A stretch of DNA of 64,000 bases from NCBI RefSeq assembly GCF_009914755.1, contig NC_060925.1. One strand, given 5' to 3'. The stretch is from the human T2T-CHM13v2.0 reference genome, Homo sapiens. The notes beneath the pieces are model-generated. The model was given only the letters and a program-made list of their open reading frames with translations. It was not told where the DNA came from and ran no database searches. The stretch's first letter is position 1. Each line of letters begins with the position of its first letter. Below, in pieces: positions 1 through 12,789 of this stretch. Both the position numbers and the translations under genes were made by a program.

Positions 1-455
1 GGGTGTTTCTGGGTGAGATGAACATTTGGATCAGTAGACTTAAAGCAGATTACCCTCCCTAACATGGGAGAGCTTCATCCAATCTACTGAAGACCTGAAT
101 AGAATGAAAAGGCTGAGTGGGAGGAAACTCCTCCTGCCTGACTGCTTGAGCTGGGACATTGGTCTTTTCCTGCCTTTGCACCAGAATGAAACATCGGCTC
201 TTCTTGGGTCTCAAGCCTACCCACTTGCAGAATGGAACTTATACCATTGGCTTTCCTGGGCCTCAGGCCTTCAGACTCAGACTAGAAATACACATGGGCT
301 CTCCTGGATCTCCAGCTTGCTGACAGCAGATCATAGGACTTCTCAGCCCCCATAAGCACATGAGCTAATTATTTACAATAAGTCTCTTCCTATGTCTATA
401 TCTACATTTATCTCTATGCCTATCATATTGATTTTGGTTCTCTAGAGAACCCTTA
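1..455 (+). mobile_element. ERVL LTR, MLT2 family (MLT2C/D-like), 5' part cut by window edge
   Basis: MLT2 motifs 'aaagcagattaccctccctaa..ggg', 'ctcctcctgcctgactgcttgagctgggacat' and terminal 'ttggttctctagagaaccct'. Confidence 0.8.
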
Positions 456-989
456 TAGATGTCTAAATCAGGACTTCCCTCAGATACCAGGAGGACCCCA
501 TATTCCTTTTTGGGGTCTCACATCTCCAACAACTCTGAAGTAAGTGAGCATTTCCTTCTTCCTCATAGCTAGCAGAGGCCTCACTCCCTGGGAGGGCCTC
601 TTTGCAGATGGGCAGAAGCCGTCAGTCCTCTGTGGACTCCTAGCACTCAATATGGGTCCTGGCACCCAGTAGGTGCACAGTGATATTGACTGAACGAATG
701 CATACCTCACACTTATTTGGGTAGCCCTTTATGGTTTGGGGCATAATCACACCCATGTCCTCATGGGTGTGATCCCAAGGCTCTGTGAGGGGCAGGGCAG
801 GGACCATCAGCCCCAGTTAATAGATGAGCAAACAGAGGCCCAGAGAGGACCTAGAAGCAGTTCCAGCAGAAGGACCCTATCTCCAGGGCATTGGCTTTCT
901 CTGGAGCAGCCATGGCCCATGTTTAGCAAAAACAGGATGCTGCCCTGAGCCCAGGTGCCTCCATCCCCCCTGAATTCATGCACTCTGTA

Positions 990-1370
990 ACACATGTTCA
1001 GCCACTATTGGCTGGGCCCTGTTCTAGGGACTTAGAGTGCATCAGTGAACAAAATGAACAAAAATCTCTGCCCCATGGAACTTATGTTCTAGGGGAAAGA
1101 GACAGACAGTAAACAAGAAACAGAATAAGTAAGTAAACTATAGAGCATATTAGCAGGAGGTATGGACTATGGCAACAAGGCAGAACAGAGTAAGGGAACC
1201 AGGAATGCAGGGGTGGGAGATGAGTCACAAGTTTAAATAGGGTGGTTAGAGTCAGCCTCATTGAGAAGGTGGCATTTGAGCAGCAACTTGAAGCAGGGGA
1301 AGAATTAAGCCACGCAGTTACTAGGAAAGGCCTTTATAGGCAAAGGGGCAACCAGTGCAAAGGCCCTGCG
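990..1370 (-). mobile_element. L2 LINE fragment
   Basis: Antisense L2 3' motifs 'ctgccccatggaacttatgttctag', 'gagaaggtggcatttgagcag', 'tgcaaaggccctg'. Confidence 0.75.
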
Positions 1371-2155
1371 TCGGGCATATTACACAGGGCCTGGCAGGCC
1401 ACCGTGAGAGCTGTGGCTTTCAGAGAGATAAAAGAAGGCCCACACAGAGGCCTCCAACAGATTCTACCCTTCCTGGAGTGTGGGGCCTGCTCAGGCAGAT
1501 AATAGGAGAGCCAGAGGATGCCTGAATGGAGGTGGGAACGGTAGACAAAGAAGAGGTGGGAAGAAATTTTCCCTGATTATCATCCCTTTCTGCTTCAACC
1601 AGACACCCCCAAGCAAAGGCAGCTCCTGCGGGTGGGGGACAGGCCCCTCCCCACCCTGCCTCTCCTAAGCCTCCCTCTCAGGGGACTTGTGAGGAGTTAA
1701 TGAAGTTGAGCCCAGGAAAGCACCACAGGTAGACTGTAGAACGCTGGGCCCCCAGCTGGCTATCACCATCACTGCCCAGCCTCGACAGGGAGGCAGGGGC
1801 TTCGCCTTTCCTCTGCTACACACTGGCAGATGCAAGAAGCAGATCCGCTCCGAAGCCTAGATGAAGTCGCAGTTAGCAGCCTAATTTTAGACTGAGCATC
1901 TGCTCTTCCGTCCCAGAGATGCAGCTCTGTCTGGGATTTGCTCCTTCTGGAATTGCCGGAGAAACGAATCCTGCTCTCGGGGGCAGGCACTGGTGGTGTC
2001 CAGATCAGAGCTGACCAATAGGCCCTGCCATGGGGAAGGCCTCAGGAGCTGTGCCACCCTGGCCATCCTGTGTCCTCCTAGCTGAGCTCCCATCTCACAC
2101 TGACATCTACAGAGTCCTATAGCTTCCATCTTGGAGTCCCACTCTGCCTTCTCAG

Positions 2156-2276
2156 AAAGCCACAGGTCAAATGAGGCTCCGCCTCACGCAGAACAGGGGA
2201 CCTCCTGGACAGGAGTGGCTTTTATCCATCCCCACACCCACAGCTCCCAGCGCAGACCCCGAAGAATTCATCCCAG
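2156..2276 (+). other. Candidate 121-nt exon (probably non-coding)
   Basis: Acceptor 'ctctgccttctcag' (AG 2154-2155) and consensus donor CAG|GTGAGT (GT 2277-2278); no transcript evidence available. Confidence 0.3.
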
Positions 2277-3084
2277 GTGAGTACGGCCCAGTCAGACTAA
2301 GACTAGGAGAGCACAAAGGAAGGACCAGTTGTTTGCAAATCTTCCCAGGAAAGCTTGTCAGAGGAGATGAGTTTTGAGTTGGATTTTGAAGAGTGGGTAG
2401 GTATTTATCAGTGGAAAAGCCAGGAAAAGCTATGGAGGCAGGGGAAACAGCTGAAAAGAATATGAAAGTTGGAGAATGGCCTGAAGGGAGGGAGAAGAAA
2501 GTGGGGAGACCCTGGTGGGGATTGGGCAGGGGCTGGGTGCAGTTGAGTTGGGCCACAACTCCAGGCTAAGCAGTTGGGGTTGTATCTGCAGGTGGGAGAG
2601 TCTATGGGGGCCCTTAGCGCATGAGTGTGCTCTGACAGATGGCTGTGGAAGACTTCCAGGTGGGAAGCCCATGCCCCTCTCATCTGGGAGAGCCACTTTC
2701 CCTGTTGACTTCCTCCATGGTTTGCCAGGTCCTTTGGGGCCCTCCCCACCTCCCTGGCACATGTGGGGCAGGCCCCATGTGCAGAGTACACTGTGGATAC
2801 TCACTCCCCTCCCAGACCCCCACCTGAGCTCTGCCCACACATCTCCTGGCATCAGGCCCATCACCTCCCACCCTTCTGACCGCTGCAGCCACTGCTTGGT
2901 CCTTGTCTGAATCCCCAGTTCCCATGGGCAGTGTTCTTTTGCTTCTCCGGCCTCAGCTTCTCTGCCCTGGGGCTGTTATCTCAAGATTCCTCAAGAATGA
3001 CTCTGCAGTCCCACGTGCCTCTCCCTACCTTTCTGTTTGTGGGCGGCAAGCCCTGTTCTCTGAGCTAAGGACTTTCTACACATC

Positions 3085-3210
3085 ACCTTGCTTTATCCCC
3101 CAACAATCCTGGAAGATGTTTATTATTTATCCCTTTTTACAGGTGAAGAAAAGGGTTTGATGAGCTTAATTTGTGATTGATCACACAGCCAGGAAGTGGT
3201 AGAGTGGAGG
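3085..3210 (-). mobile_element. MIR fragment
   Basis: 'tattatttatccctttttacaggtgaagaaa...atcacacagccaggaagtggtagag' matches the antisense MIR core. Confidence 0.65.
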
Positions 3211-5654
3211 CCGTCTGCCTCTCAGTCCTCTCCCACCAGGTTCCCCCAGCCTTGAGGGCAGGGCTTGAGCAGTGATGCCCAGGCCAGAGGCAGTCAAGAC
3301 ATCTGGCCAGTTCAGGTGGGGAGTGAGGAGAGTGAAAGAGGAGGAAGACTCAGCCAGGGACCATGCCTGGATTCCCTTGAGAAAGAATGAGTTAAACACT
3401 TACGTAAAGAGATTTGCAAATAGATTCTACAAAACAACATTTGGATGATTTAAGTGTTAAGGAATCAGAACCATATGGATTAAATGTCCCTGACGTTACG
3501 TATGGTTTTAAAAATTAGAAGGAAATGTACCGGGAATATACACATGTATAAAATATGTAAAGCCAGGCCACATTTTTAGCTTTGTGGACATGGAGTTATT
3601 TGAAAAATACGGCACAGCTTCTCCCAGGCTGGCGGTCCCCCTGCCCCCTCCCCAGGCCTTGTCTTCTCCCCCACCAAATGGGGCTCAGCTCCCTCCCTAG
3701 GGGCCCAGCCTGAGAAAGAGACTTCCTGGAACAGCCGGCTAGCTGCTCTAACCACAGGACAGTTGGAGCCAAACAGCTGGGTCAGGAACGACTGGGGTCT
3801 CCCAGAGGCCAGATGGGTGGTCTCAGGTGCAAAGAGGCAGTGAGAGAATGCAAGTTTCCCAGGAGGACCTTTAAGTACTTTATAGAGAAGATGTTGAGTA
3901 GCTCAGGAGAGGCAGACAGCATTTTCAGTTCATTATTGCTTTTGAACCTCACTCAGTTTCCCCAGCAGCCACAGGAGGAAAAGGTTATTACCCCCATTTC
4001 ATAGGAGGGGAGGCTGAGGCTGAGGAGGGCTGGCTGCTCGGCTTAGCTTACAGGCAGTGCACCAGACCACGACCTGGATTTCCTGGTTACACACCCAGAG
4101 CTTCTCCTCACTGTATCTCACTGCTTGAAACAAACCAAAACCGCGAGCCTGAGTCCAATTTCTTGAACTCTAAGCATTTTTTTTCTTTCAAGATTGTGTT
4201 AGCTTCTCAAGCTTGAAGGTTTATCTGGCAGGGTATTTTTGAGGACTCCCTAAGTATGAATAAATTAAGTTTGGTTGTGAGTCTAAATTGCACATGCTGT
4301 TGAGCTAGGGAAGAAGGGATAAAATGTTCAGTTTGGGAAAAACCAAACCATCAGAAATTTCCTGGCCAAGTCCTGGTGGTGAAGAGAGAGGATGAGAACA
4401 AAAAGCCAGTTCGTTAAAAGCATCACGTTAGGTGCCAGGAGTGTGGGACCTCCCTGAACCCCCACCCCAGCCCGTGCAGAAGGTGGGGTTGTCTTTCTTC
4501 TGCAGAAAAGGAAACAGGCACAGAGAGCTTTGATGATGCACAGCTGCGTTTCTAACCCCTGCCTCTCTGACACCAGGGCGGGGCATTTCCCTAAACCCAG
4601 CTGGCTGGGGCCGACCTCCCCAGAGGGGCTTGTCAGATGAAGCCAGAAGCAGGTTTGTCAGGAGAATTGAATGTCACCCAGACATAATCCCCGTGTCGGG
4701 AAAGCTGGCCCTGAGTCTGTCTCATGCCCCGCCAGGTCTCCAATGCCCAGTCCAGTGCCTGATGTTTGTTAAATGATCATTAAACAAATCAATGGGTGAA
4801 GAGGAAGGAGGCATCAAGGAACCACTACATCCTCCCCTTCTCTTTCTTCCATTCCCCACCCATGCCACTGTTTTGTGGACACAAGGGATGGCCTTCCCAC
4901 GAATGTATTCATTCTGGCGATGCTTCATCCTGTTCAGTGGCATTCATGCTTACAGCCTGTCCAGAGCTCTCAGGGTGCTGACTGGAACCTGGAGTATTTC
5001 AAGGACGTGGGATTCTCAGGGCAGGAACCAGGGGAAAAGGAGAAAGGGCAGAGGAATGAGGACAGAGAAGGTGAGAGACTCCCAGCTCTGGAACTTCCTC
5101 CCTGCCCCGTACCCAGGACCCCTCCGTAGAGTTTGCAGTAGATCTGCCCGTCGATGGGTTTCCTATAATGGCCTATTCACAGGTGTCCTTTGTCCAGGGT
5201 TATCCCAGCCCCACCCGGCTGCCGGCCACCAGGATGGAATCCTCACGCTGAGATCACATCCAGCCGCCTTTCCACACAAGCACCTCTGAGGAGTCCCTTT
5301 GTCTGCAGCCTTTCCCATGGTCAATTACGTTGGGAAAACACTGCCTATTCCACAGTCACCTTGGAGCTCCCCAGTGTACACAGCAATGCACAAAGCCCTG
5401 AGAGGGGCGGGTAAAGAAAACAGCTCATCTTTAGTCCACACTTATTGGAACAGAACAGGGACTCCCCTTTTCCCCCACACAGGTCCCATCCTCTGCACCC
5501 CATTTTCACAGCCATGGAATTCTTAAAATGCTGGCACAGGCAGCCTAGAAAGCCCCTCAGAGGCCTTCTGCTGGCTTCTCATTTATAGAACCATCCTCCC
5601 ATGGGTGTCCCTGTCCCCCCACAGGTACCCCAAATGTCCTTGACTCCAGGCTTT

Positions 5655-6150
5655 AATCCGTACCCCTGTGTGCCCCATGCCTGTCCTGCTTAAATCCTCT
5701 CAATGGCTTCCTTCTGCTATTAAGACAAAGGCCAAATTCTTCCACATGGTGTCCAAGGCCTGCTTCAGTGACCCCACCTGCCCCTCCTGCCACATCTCCC
5801 CCTCGATCCACCTGGGGCGTAGGGTCTTCTTTCGGTGCCCCCTGCCTCAGGGCCTTTGTACATGCTGTGTCTGTGCCTGGGACACTCTGCTCGTACATCC
5901 CTTCCACATCCAGCGGACTCCTCTTCAACCTTTCCATTTCCCCTTGCATGTCACCTCCTCAGGGAAGCCCTCCCCTGCCCCCAACTAAACCAGGCCCTGT
6001 GCACATTCCCCAGCACCAGGCATCTCCTCTCCAGAGCCTCTCAAGTAGCAGCATTTGTAACTTTTATTTATGTGTGCAGTCTTGTCAGATGAGAGTGACA
6101 TGTATGTTTTGCTCACCATGGAATCTCCAGAAACTGTCAGAGTAGCTGTG
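5655..6150 (+). mobile_element. L2 LINE fragment
   Basis: 'ctgcttaaatcctctcaatggcttcc', 'cagggcctttgtacatgctgt', 'tgtcacctcctcagggaagccctccc'. Confidence 0.75.
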
Positions 6151-6591
6151 ACCCACATGGATTGTTTCTCAATGCTGAGCCCTGGGATCAGAGAACTGAT
6201 CACCCTGTGAGGTTAGTACTGAGGTGCTGTCTCCACTCAGAGCCTGCTGAGCCCTAGGAAGACCAGGAGAGTTTACCACTCATCGTGAATTCCCTGCACC
6301 TGGCATAGAATATGATTCAAACTCAGCCCTCAATATGGGTGTAGAGGAAAGTGTGCAGGGGTGGTGGGTGAGCCCATGGGAAGGAGAACCAGGCCACAGG
6401 CTCTGCTGATGATTGCGGCTCCAGGGTGTGTCCACACGGCCCAGCTCAGACACATAATGTTATGGAGCTGAGGTGACATAGGATCTTGGGGACCGGGGAC
6501 AGGACAGCTGGGGAACTGCCAATGGCCGGGCAACATCTAATGCCACATCACCCCGCTTCCCCTCGACCAGCTCTGCCAACCAGGTGTTTCT

Positions 6592-6892
<301 letters not shown>

Positions 6893-7209
6893 AACTAGGT
6901 GTTTCTCAGCACTCCCTGAGGCCTGGGTGAGGCTGGGGATGGCGGGGACAGTTTCCTCCCCATGCAGGAGAAGGTGGAAGAACAGGGGAGTCAGACTCCA
7001 GCCCAATGTCTCAGAAATTCACTGTGGGAGCATGGCAGGGTCACACAATGCTTCCGAGCCTCAGTTTCCCTATCTGTAAGATTTAAGGGATAAGCCAATA
7101 TAGAATGATTTACATATTTTGCCTCACATTATTACTGACTCAGCGCTTTCATCCATCTCAGGGTAATGCACGACCATTCCTTTTCTTTCTCTGTTCAGTA
7201 TCCTCTCTC

Positions 7210-7700
7210 CCCTTTCTTCTGGCAAGAATTCCTCAGGAAACTGCCCCCCAACTCCACTCTCGATTCAGGCAGGGCTTCCCTTCACAGGAGGCCACCATCC
7301 TGGCCAGGGCAGGGAGGGGCAACCTGTTTGGCCAAACACAATCGCGCAGTGACCCAGGAGTAGTCATGTGGCCCAAGACGGGCCAATCACAGCACCTCCC
7401 TAGGATTTTTCACCCTGCAACAGCTGGGAGGAAAGTCCACTTTTCATTCTGGAGTCACCAGCTGGGATGGTGAAGGCTAGGGAGCCAGCAGGGGCCATGG
7501 CCCTTCTCCACCCTGCAGAGTCACTGTGTTATGCCGTGTGGAGGATGACGCCCAAAAGCAGCAGATGAGACTGAGATCAACACGAAAAGGAGTAAAGATG
7601 AAAAGAATGGGGAAAATAAGAGTCTGGTGATCTGATGACATTATATCAGCTCCTGGATCTAGCCATGCCTGAGCTCCACCACCTACTCATCCCTATAAAA
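7210..7700 (+). mobile_element. ERVL solo LTR, LTR16-like
   Basis: 'catgtggcccaagacgggccaatcacagcacctccctaggatttt' and 'ctgatgacatt...ctcctggatctagccatgcctga' match LTR16 motifs. Confidence 0.65.
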
Positions 7701-7884
7701 TGAGACAATGAGACAAAACTCAGTTTCTCTCTTCCCACCCCAACTCTCACTTTTAAACAATCTCTGAAAAGGCAGGAGGAATGAAAATGAGCATGCACTG
7801 AGAGCCATGCACTGCTCTAACACGCTTCACACGTATAATCCGGTCTAATCCTCATGACAAGCCTATGTCGTAAGAGAGAAATAC

Positions 7885-8130
7885 AATAGTGTGACAGAAG
7901 ACAATGGATGCTAGAAAAGGGTGTTAAAGACCTGAGCTCTAATCTTAGCTCTGCCGTGCACCAGCGGTGTGACATTGAGTCAGTTCCTTAACTTCTCTGG
8001 GCTTATCTTTGCTTCACTATAAAATGGGGTAGTGATGCCTACCTCAAAGGCCATCAGGAGAATGATGAGACAAAACAAATGAAAGAGCCTAGAATGTTCT
8101 TGGCTAGGAGAACTTTAATACGTGTTAGTT
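7885..8130 (+). mobile_element. MIR, near full length
   Basis: 'gacctgagctctaatcttagctctgcc...tgtgacattgagtcagttccttaacttctctg...tataaaatgggg...cctacctca'. Confidence 0.75.
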
Positions 8131-8235
8131 GAGCCTGTGAAGTCCAGAAGCCCTACAGCTAGTCTTGTTTCTAAGAATTAGTGTTGGCCATGGGGAAAAG
8201 AAGAGAGGAATGTGTGACAAGCTCCCAGCTAAAGT

Positions 8236-8370
8236 CCAATATCTGGTTAATATCCAGCATTGGCCTGTAACTATCAAATCTCCGATGACGTGAGGTTGGC
8301 TGATGCGTCTGCTTCCCCGCACATCGGGCGGTCAGGTGAGTCCGCAGGAACAACAGTTCTGGTGAGTGGT
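8236..8370 (+). promoter_or_regulatory. Candidate promoter / first exon (CCAAT, CRE, CpG cluster, splice donors)
   Basis: CCAAT 8236-8240, ATTGG 8259-8263, ATGACGTGA 8285-8293, 7 CpGs in 8281-8345, donors CAG|GTGAGT (GT 8336) and CTG|GTGAGT (GT 8362). Confidence 0.35.
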
Positions 8371-9804
8371 GATGGGTCACCAAGGAAAGGGGCCTGTTAA
8401 TAGTTTCCAGATGGGCCTAAGCTGCTTCCAGTCTCCCCTGCACAGTGTTGAAAAGATGGGCTAGGACTCTGAACAAAGCTGAACTTGACCTGGAGGCCCC
8501 AGCTAATGGGTTATTGGCTCTATTGGGTTGGGGACAGGGCATGCCTCTCTGTGCTGGGCTGTCTGAGAGGTTGGCCCATTTGTGTCACCTTCTGGAGAGC
8601 AATTCTAAAAAAATGCTGCTCTGAATAAATATTTTGGTTCCATTTTGCGACGTGGCTGTTGGGGAGATTTCCATCGAGTGTGGTTTGCAAGGCGATTCTC
8701 CTCTGTTGTTTACTCTCGGCGATCCCCACAGCCTGTTCCTGGCAGCATCTGCATCTGCTGCACTCCTGGGCCGCTGGGACCTGGATGCTCCGCTCCAGAG
8801 AGAGGCTGAGTTGGCCGGCCCCTCCATTGGGAGCCTGATTGCGACAATGCATTAGGCAGCTGGCCACCAGACCCACAGGGCCTCCCCACTCCTCAGCTTA
8901 ACCTTGCTCTCCTTAGCCAGCTCTGGCTAAGGCTGGTGCTCTTTTAGAAGTCCCATTCCCACCAACAAGGAGGAGGCTGTAATTAGCCCAGCTGCTCTAG
9001 GCCAGGGGCTTGGAATTCCTGTGGGCCTAGAGAAGCAGCCTTGTCCATTTCCTCTTCCCAGGGGTGGCCTCCGGCTCGCGCTCCTCTCCACCCACACACC
9101 TCTTCCCCAGAACCACAACCACACAGCAGCAGGCACTATCCAGTCTGAGCAGTACCACTGTCTCCCACCCATCCCCCACACATCAAAGCAACTTGGAGAG
9201 AAACCCCAGCCCCCTTGGGCCTGAGCCCACCACACCTCTTGGTTACAGTGACTGTGACGACTGCCCTACCCGCTTGAGGCCAGGTCCCCAGGGCTGCCAA
9301 GGCTCAGCATGCCCAGCCCTGCTCAGATGATGACAGCTCTCCAGCCAGGAGGCCACACCTCATCTCAAAGAGGAAGCAGTTAGAGGTGGGAGCCTTAAGC
9401 ACACTTTCAAGCCAGCTCATCTTAGACTCTGCTCCCTATCACCATGGCCAGATGTCCAGGGAGAAGAAGGATTCATGGGGTCAGGGTCTGGCAATCAAGA
9501 CAGAGAAATGGCACAAAGTAGGGAGGGTGCTTTCCAGGCATAGAGTTTGGTGTCCCAGTACAGGACCCATGGCCCAGGGAGAAGGTGCTCCACAAGGGAT
9601 ACATCTCAAGGATCCTGGGTGGGAGGACTCATATCACGACTGGGCATTTGGAATGTTCAAGACCCTTGCCATGGAGGCAGAGGCTGGCACACACTGTTCT
9701 TTCTCCCTCCCTTTTCTTCTCACCTCCCCAAAGCCACTCCCCTACTCTTTTTGACATGCGTCCAATTCTGGTGGCTCAAGTTTTCATGATGCAGGCCTTC
9801 TGGG

Positions 9805-9890
9805 ACCCTATTTTGCAGATGAGGAAGCTGAAACTCCCAGAGGCCAAGGTCCATGCCCAGGGTCACAGAGCAAGCAAGGCAGAGCCTTGA
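9805..9890 (-). mobile_element. MIR core fragment
   Basis: 'attttgcagatgaggaagctga...gcccagggtcacagagc'. Confidence 0.7.
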
Positions 9891-11214
9891 TTTGGGCCCA
9901 TTTGTCAGAATCCAAATCCAGCACTCATTCCATGGCACCATGGCTGCCTCTGAACATAGAAAGGACAGATCCTATCTCCCCAGTTGGGTGCGTGGGACTC
10001 ATTTGCCTATACCTGCAATGGAAGCTGCTAGTCCCTCCCTAGCCTCACTCAGTGGTCCAGAGACCAGTTGCATGCATTTGGGGAGGGGACTGGTGGCAGG
10101 GATGGAGGACTGCTTTGGTATGGAGGGGAGCTGACCAGCCTACAAGGTGCTGCTGCCCAGCTGTGGCTCTGCTGGCACCATGTAGACCAGCAGTGTCCCT
10201 CCTTCTCCCAAGCTCTGCTTGGCTCCAGACTCTCAGCTCAGTGCCTGAAGGCTCAGCCCTGCCCATCACTGAATTCAGCCTGCCCAGACCTGGGAGGATG
10301 TGGGAAACCCAGTTCCATCTAGGGCTAGAATTAATTTTCTCACCAGAAGCCACATGCCTTGTGGATGCTCTGGGCTTGCCTCTACTCGCTTGCCACAGTC
10401 TTCTCCTAGTGCCCTTGGGAGGCAGGGCATCTATCTGGAGGTCTGACTTGAGCTCAATCCTGCTGCCTTAATGAGAACTTCAGGTCCACTTTGCTAAGGG
10501 TCTTTGCAGGACACCTGTCTGGCTCCACAGCCACCCACTCCATGACTATACCCTGTGCCTCATCCTTTTAGCAACCAAGTTTTGGATCCTGCCCTGAAGG
10601 GGAGATGGGCCAGGATGGTTGAGCCTCCTTCTAAGAGACACTGGCTCTCACACCTCAGGCACACACTGGTCCCTGGGATGACCATGTGGGCCAGACAGCT
10701 AAGGATGTGACATAGTCATTTCTCTACAGGTCACGTTGGCAACCAGGCCTGACATTGGGCCACTCCTCTCAGGCCAAGCAGCTGAGACCCCTGGGCTCCA
10801 TCAGTACTGAGCATGTCCAAGGTATCTAAGAGGATACCTTAGATTCTGGCCTTGTCCTCAAATGCCAATTATCTTCTTCCTGTCCAAACTCTTACTCTGG
10901 CAGGGAGTCACTCAGAGTGCTAAAACAGTGGGAAGGATTGGGGGCAGTAAGCTTCAACCAGAAAGATCACTTACAGGTTCTTAGCCTCATCACAGTGTCC
11001 AGCTAGGTGGGGATCAGCCTATAGTTCCAAGGCCATAGTCCCACTTGCTTCTTTTTGAACCAGCTGATAGCTGTCTCAGTCCCACTCAGGGCAGGAACAT
11101 TGTCTTTTATGCTGGTGCTGGAAACACAAACCACACCTCTGCATGGAAACTGCCCTGTGCTCTGCTCCGTGATTCTCATGCTGGCATCCCAAATCTTTTA
11201 AAGCAGAATGTGGA

Positions 11215-11385
11215 GTTCCTAATCAACCGGCATCAAGTTTCAGTGAAGCCAGATGAAGCAGCTCTGGCGATCTGCCGCACAATGTTGTATTAATACCTGT
11301 CGTCTACAACAACGTATTGTACACTTGAAATTTTGTTAAGAGGGTAGACCTCAAGTGTTCTTGCTAAAATAAAATAAAACGGTAT
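11215..11385 (+). mobile_element. L1M (L1MB-like) 3' end
   Basis: 'gtattgtacacttgaaattttgttaagagggtagacctcaagtgttctt' followed by an A-rich tail. Confidence 0.75.
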
Positions 11386-11439
11386 ATGGCATATAAATCA
11401 AACAGGACAACCCCCTCTCCGTGGAAGCTTTTATGAAAA

Positions 11440-11586
11440 TAATCACAGCTACCACTTACTGAGTACTTGCTATGTGCCATGATCTGGGCTGACCATTTCA
11501 CATTTATTTAAGCCTCACAATAATAATCCCTGGAGGGGGTATTAATACTATTCCCAATTTGCAGATGAGAAAACTGAGGCTCAAAG
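11440..11586 (-). mobile_element. MIR fragment
   Basis: 'acttactgagtacttgctatgtgcca...tttgcagatgagaaaactgaggctca'. Confidence 0.8.
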
Positions 11587-11632
11587 TCCATCCTATTCCA
11601 AAGCTCTTATCATTCCCCAGAAGCTAAGAACT

Positions 11633-11633
<1 letters not shown>

Positions 11634-11663
<30 letters not shown>
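11634..11663. repeat. (GT)n microsatellite, ~15 units
   Basis: Read directly; occupies the tail position of the adjacent Alu. Confidence 0.95.
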
Positions 11664-11664
<1 letters not shown>

Positions 11665-11666
<2 letters not shown>

Positions 11667-11935
11667 GACAGAGACTGTCTGCTGGAGTGCAGTGGCACAA
11701 TCACAGCTCACTGAAACCTCAAACTCCTTGGTTCAAGGGGTTGTCCTGCTTCAGCCTCCTGAGTAGCTGGGACTACAGGTGTGCATCGCCATGCCCAGCT
11801 AATTTTTATATCTTCTGTAGAGACAGCATCTTGCTTTGTTACCCAGGCTAGTCTTGAACTCCTGAGCTCAAGTAATCCTCCCGTCTTAGCCTCACAAAGT
11901 GCTGGGATTGCATCCGTGCAGCACCGTGCTGAGCC
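11665..11935 (-). mobile_element. Alu (AluJ-type), diverged
   Basis: J-type diagnostics 'aatcacagctcactg..acctcaaactcct' and 'gaactcctgagctcaagtaatcctcc'. Confidence 0.92.
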
Positions 11936-12789
11936 TGATCTGTGTGTTTTATCAATGGGCTTTGGAGATGGTTCTTGAGGGCCAGGGGTGACTCACAGTT
12001 GAACTAAAATGAGATGTGCCCTCTCCCCGGCAGAACATACTAAAGTGCTCAGCTGGTGCTCACGTGGCTGCAGGCCTCCTGCCTGTGTGATCCCAGGGTT
12101 AGTTTGTGAGCCACAGAGGACAAGGCACCCTTGCACCACATTCTTTCACAGGCACAGCTCTCGGGGCACACATCCTCTGGGCCAGAATGGTGCAGCGCTG
12201 GCCTGGCCCCTCTCTCCTTGCTTCCCCAGAGACCATCCTAATGGGATGGGCAAGTGATCCAGTGGGCTGGTGGCACCTGAGGGAGGAGGGGCTGGGAGGG
12301 AAACCTTGTGTTCAGCTACATAAGTTCCACTGCCACAACCTTGTGACTATGTCCCCTCCTCCTGATATGGACTGGCTGCCCCAACTTGGATGTTCTTTCT
12401 GACTATGTGCAAATTCCGATTCATTTACAAATCTGCTCCCAGCTCCCCTCTGGGAATGGTGAAGCCCTGCTCAGGCACATCCCTCCTTCCTCTAACGCTA
12501 TCCCTGATGACATTTCCCTGGCTATTACATAATCAAGGGAGCTCAGCCAGGACTTTAATTGGAAAAGCTCTTCCCCAAGGGTCTCCGCGGATATCACTTG
12601 TGCCAGCCCAAGCCCTCTTACCTCTCAACTCCTCTCTGTGGTCTCTTTCTCTCTCTCTCTCTCATACGCACACAGGGACACGCAGCTGAGGCCACATCTT
12701 CTGTGCCTGTCCTTGGCCACACTCAGTGGCTTGCATGCTTGGTGCTCACTGTGAACTATGCTGCCCTGGGTCTTTCAGGCCCATCCCCA

